The translations under genes and the position numbers were made by a program. A stretch of DNA of 63,157 nt, counting the filler, from Sphacelaria rigidula (lineage: Eukaryota): assembly GCA_964200075.2 (NCBI GenBank). It is 10 parts of 10 records of this genome, joined end to end, with 100 filler letters (N's around TTAATTAATTAA, not from the genome) between each part and the next. Parts side by side here need not be neighbours in the genome. Positions count along the whole stretch, not along the records: positions 56,933 to 63,157 come from CAXNAA020021387.1; 9 more parts are not named here. One strand, given 5' to 3'. This document shows, one piece after another, positions 59,411 through 63,157 of the stretch. The notes beneath the pieces are model-generated. The model was not told the origin of the DNA. It worked only from the letters and a program-made list of their open reading frames with translations, and did not search any database. The first letter of the stretch is position 1. Every line of letters starts with the position of its first letter.

Positions 59411-61216
59411 GTGGTGGGCGCGGTTTCGTCTGCTCCGGTAGTGGCGGGGCATCCTTGTGGGGGAGCATTCGGGGACTCGGGTGGGCGGATGTGTGAGTCC
59501 CGCGCGGCGGTACCGGCCTTGTTGCCGGGGCCGCCGCCGTCGGCGGGTGCGGGGAAGGGGCAGCCGGCCGCCCGACCGGTGGCGGCTCGCTCCGCCGTCC
59601 CGGCGGACGTGCGGGCCCCGATGCAGCGGGGGACGGCAGACCCCGGCAATAGGGAGAGGGTGGTGTTGGCGCGACTGTCGGAGGACGACGTTGCATACTG
59701 CCGCGCGAGGTGCCCCCGCGGGACGGCGTTGGGGGCTTTCCTGCGCGGGTATCGCGCGATTAAGGGGTCGTGTCCGGGTAACGTCGCTCTAGACGTATGG
59801 GAGCGTAGACAGGGAGAGCTCTACGCGGGTGACGAGAGAGTGTTGGTTCGGCTGGAGGCCGAGGATACGGAAGCAGCAGCGGGTTTTCCACCGGACGGGC
59901 AGGCGGGGCGCCAGGAGAAAATGTGCGTGGAGATGGGGGGGTCGTGTACCCCTTGGCATGAGAGTGGAGGGGAGTATACCCCTTTGGAGGTTATGGTGGA
60001 TCCCGGAGGGATTGGTGTTGGGACGGGTGTCGGGGAGCAAGGGGGTTTCGCGGCTCCCGCGTCGGGTGGTTCATCTGATGCGTTACCGTCGCTGCGGACG
60101 GCGCACATCGCCCAGGGGTATGCGAAGTTGAAGCTTGATTTATTGGTGGACCTGCCACGCTTACCTTTGTCTTCTTCCCACAATATGCAACAGTTTATGG
60201 CTTTGATTGAGAGGATCAAGGATTCAGTGTCGGCAATGCGTCTCATTGTGGGGGATACCCACCCCACACGGTGTACGCGGGGTTGGGAAAAAGCTATCCA
60301 AAAACATTTGCAGAGAGCGGTTCACACGAGTGCGCCGGATGCACCGAACATTGTCGCGCGAATTGCAGAAGTGATGTCTACGGTAACTCGGTTGCAAGCG
60401 GAGGGCACCTCGGGGCCCGATGCTTTGGCGTTCTTGGTACGGGTACTTAGCAGGGAACTCAGCAGTCTGATGCCCTATGCCGTGTTACGTAAACTTATTA
60501 ATTTCCGGGCGGCCGAGGGGACGGCATTCGCGGAATACCTCCGCAGCCTCCGTATACTGGTGAGCGATGTGCAATGCCTTGGTGCTGAAATGACCCCTCA
60601 CCAGGCGTACGTACAATCGGCTATCAAAACGGTCATTCAGGACCAATTTCCGGGGATAAGTAGCCATGTATTTGCGGGTAGTGATGACCGTGCGACGCCG
60701 TTCACCTCGTTGGAACGATTCATGGCTAAACTCTATAATTTCAGATCTTACACGATGTCGGCGCTTGCGCCGCGTTTTGCGCCGGGGTCGACGGGGGGAA
60801 CGGCTCGGAACCGCCATCTCCCAAAAGTGGGCCAGGGCAGGGCAGTTGGGAGGGTAATGAGTATCACCAACATGCGCGATTTTGACCGTGAAGACCAAGA
60901 AATGGCTTACGTGTACATGGTGGGGCGGGGAAATGGCGACCGTTTTGGAAAAATCAAAGACCCGCCTTTCTATGAATCGTTTCCCACCCGCGAACATAAA
61001 AACAAGGCGCGACAAGGGTTTGGCCCATATTGTTTAAATTGTGGTAGCGCGGAGCATACGTTGGCTCGAGAATTCCCGGAGGGGTTCATCAACAAGTCGG
61101 GTCTCATCCATCATTGTATGGGTGAAGGCACCCCGGATGAGGTCCGCCAGAAATGGGCGCGGTGGCAGCGGCACTTGCGTTCCTATTTTTCCGACAACTA
61201 CCCTCCAAAGAAATGA
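59411..61216 (+). CDS. Gag-like protein (601 aa; N-terminus probably continues upstream through frameshifts/stop)
   Basis: Helical capsid-like region (LRKLINFRAAEGTAFAEYLRSLRILV) and C-terminal CLNCGSAEH knuckle-like motif, between PBS and protease. Confidence 0.6.
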   Translation: MVGAVSSAPVVAGHPCGGAFGDSGGRMCESRAAVPALLPGPPPSAGAGKGQPAARPVAARSAVPADVRAPMQRGTADPGNRERVVLARLSEDDVAYCRARCPRGTALGAFLRGYRAIKGSCPGNVALDVWERRQGELYAGDERVLVRLEAEDTEAAAGFPPDGQAGRQEKMCVEMGGSCTPWHESGGEYTPLEVMVDPGGIGVGTGVGEQGGFAAPASGGSSDALPSLRTAHIAQGYAKLKLDLLVDLPRLPLSSSHNMQQFMALIERIKDSVSAMRLIVGDTHPTRCTRGWEKAIQKHLQRAVHTSAPDAPNIVARIAEVMSTVTRLQAEGTSGPDALAFLVRVLSRELSSLMPYAVLRKLINFRAAEGTAFAEYLRSLRILVSDVQCLGAEMTPHQAYVQSAIKTVIQDQFPGISSHVFAGSDDRATPFTSLERFMAKLYNFRSYTMSALAPRFAPGSTGGTARNRHLPKVGQGRAVGRVMSITNMRDFDREDQEMAYVYMVGRGNGDRFGKIKDPPFYESFPTREHKNKARQGFGPYCLNCGSAEHTLAREFPEGFINKSGLIHHCMGEGTPDEVRQKWARWQRHLRSYFSDNYPPKK

Positions 61217-62335
61217 GGGGGCGGCGGTAACGATTGGGCCGCCTTACCGGTAGCACGAGTGCCAGGTATCAAAGAGTCGCGTCGAGCTCTTAATGGTCGG
61301 TCATCGGGGGTGTTTGTTCCACAGCAGGATGACTCGGCTGTGTGTAGTGAAGTTTCGGTTATCGAGGATGTTCGATGAACTTAAACTGGCCAGTCGCCTG
61401 GGGGAAGTGTTCCACAGCAGGCTCAACCTGTTCCATGTAGCGAACCCTCTGCTAATCGTGATGCTCATCGAGCACAACTAGGTCGGTCACCTGTGTCATT
61501 GGTTCCACAGCAGGCTGTTCCTGCTACAGACGGCGAAACCTCTGTCATCTCCCTCCCGCACAGAGCGGACTTTGGCAATGAGACAGGGGACGATCTGTCT
61601 GGGGGTGTCGGTACGGGTGGTTGTGGCGTTTCCGCTTTGGGGGTAGCCGTGAGATCTGTACAATCTTTACGTGACCTTAGCAGGGGGGGAGCGGCTCCTC
61701 CATTTTGCACAACGGCTGCTGTGCGGCAATCTGGTGCGGTAGGTGTTGACCGACAGAAGGGGTGTGTGGTTCGTGTTTGTGCTCCGGACAGCTTTTCCTT
61801 CCAGAGTGGCGGAGATACACGGGTAAATGAGTCACTTGTGCAGGCCAGCTTTCGCGGTGGGCGTTGCTCACGTCCGACAGACGCTAGGGATTTGGACGGT
61901 CCTGGTATGATGGACGCATCACATGGTAAAGAGAGGTCGGCAGGTGAAATCGTCCAGGGTGAGGGAGGTATTCCGCGTCGCGACGCTCGGGGCCTACGCG
62001 GCACACGGTGCTGCCACCCTATGAAAAGGACGTCGCAATACGCTACCAATGGAGGGTCTGCTCTCTCTGGCGCGAAGCCAGACTTGAGTGGCCCTGGTTT
62101 GGGCCGACCTTCCTCGAGTAAGATCTCGGTTTCCACGGGTAGCCAACTTGAAACACTGTCGGAGGAGGATAGCTTGGTGACACCTGCGGGCTCAAGGCCA
62201 CGCAGTTTTGTTGATGTACCCAACCTTTCGGAACTGAGTAGTGTCTCCTCACGCTCGGGGGCATCCGTAGATGCTCGCGTGGCTCGACCTGTTGTTGGTA
62301 TTGGGAGCGATAGCAAATCGGTGGGGGTAGAATAG

Positions 62336-63157
62336 CACATTTATGCTCTCGACTCATCTGGCAATCGCTTGCAATCTAAGGAACTACTCGCAATGATCCC
62401 TGGTCCCATCCCTTGTCAGGTACCGCGCGGCAGGCGGGGCGCGTTCTTACCGGAAGTGACTTCGATGCTCGACGGGAACGTGTCGGTAGATCGCGTGCGT
62501 AATACGGCGGGAGTAAGGGTGTTTGGCGGTCCGAAGGCAACCCGGATGTGGGGGTGTGCGGCGTTGTTGGACAGTGGGAGCCCAGCGACGTTCATCCTGA
62601 ACAAGGTATGGATGTCCATGGTGCAATATGGGGCTGGTTCTGGTGACGCGGTGCGGGACATTGATCCCGTGTCGTGGAGTGGGTTTAATGGTGTTCCTCT
62701 GAAAACTAGTTCTCAGGTACGCTCGAATATTCGCTTTATTGAAGGTACGCGCAAGGGTCGGAACTCGAGCACGAGTGCTTGCTTCGCGGTCTACGCGCAT
62801 ATCGTGCCCGACGGTACCATGTCTTTTGACTTACTGTTGGAACGTGATGGGTTGGCTCAATTTCCTGTGCGGTCATATCGGGGTGTCAGTGAATCTAGAA
62901 CGATCATGTCGCTTGAGGGGACATCGCATTCTCCAGATCCCACTGCGTTTGACCGTTGGGTCCAAAACGCGGTGGGTATGATTGAGCGAGCGTCGGGATC
63001 AGGCGAGGAGGTTGTTGTGATTTTTGCGGTTGAGTCCAATCAGGTGGTGACGCACGAGTTGACGTGGGTTCCCGTCACACTGCAGTCGCCAAGCGGGGCT
63101 CCGGCTCCGCAGGGTTCGTATTATGTGAGCTTCGAGCAGGGTTGGTCCCCCTCCGAA
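62336..63157 (+). CDS. pol: pol N-terminus: retroviral-type aspartic protease, open to the window end (absent from the ORF track)
   Basis: CAALLDSGSPATFI (DSG at 62570-62578), SWSGFNG flap, FDLLLERD; same frame as ORF 61493-62335 across one TAG. Confidence 0.8.

Larger units (their letters stand above)
56933..63157 (+). mobile_element. 5' half of an LTR retrotransposon, probably Ty3/Gypsy
   Basis: LTR-like end CA (57428) + PBS, long GC-rich ORFs, gag-like ORF with degenerate zinc knuckle, retropepsin with DSG and LLLxRD motifs; RT/IN lie beyond the window. Confidence 0.75.

Noticed and set aside
57970..62357. Long antisense and alternate-frame ORFs in contig 10
   Set aside because: Shadows of GC-rich sense ORFs with no motifs
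1..63157. A multi-gene silencing or defence system linking the Dicer-like exon with the hairpins and retroelements
   Set aside because: The parts lie on unrelated contigs joined artificially, so co-location carries no information

Overview
This window is not one locus. It is ten unrelated eukaryotic contigs of near-identical length (seven of 6226 bp, three of 6225 bp) joined by artificial 100-bp spacers (44 N + TTAATTAATTAA + 44 N), so adjacency across spacers means nothing. The source is inferred to be a repeat-rich photosynthetic stramenopile, most like a brown alga: GT-AG exons, a signal peptide + 'RAF' plastid presequence, and a brown-algal-type Cys-rich exon. Most of the DNA is transposon-derived. 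It includes non-autonomous hAT-like elements with 8-bp TSDs, palindromic MITEs, a tRNA-derived SINE family, a tandem RT-less Ty1/Copia element with an unexplained extra 3' ORF, a second Copia gag relic, a Gypsy integrase relic and the 5' half of a Gypsy-like element. Host genes appear only as isolated exons: a Dicer-like helicase first exon head-to-head with a plastid-targeted protein, an SF3B3-like exon, and a Cys-rich/PT-repeat protein. Most ORF-track entries are spurious. No prokaryotic systems (CRISPR, operons) are seen. The best novelty candidates are the Copia 3' ORF, a permuted modular ~470-bp repeat, and an unassigned degraded coding family. All family assignments come from reading motifs by eye, without database searches.
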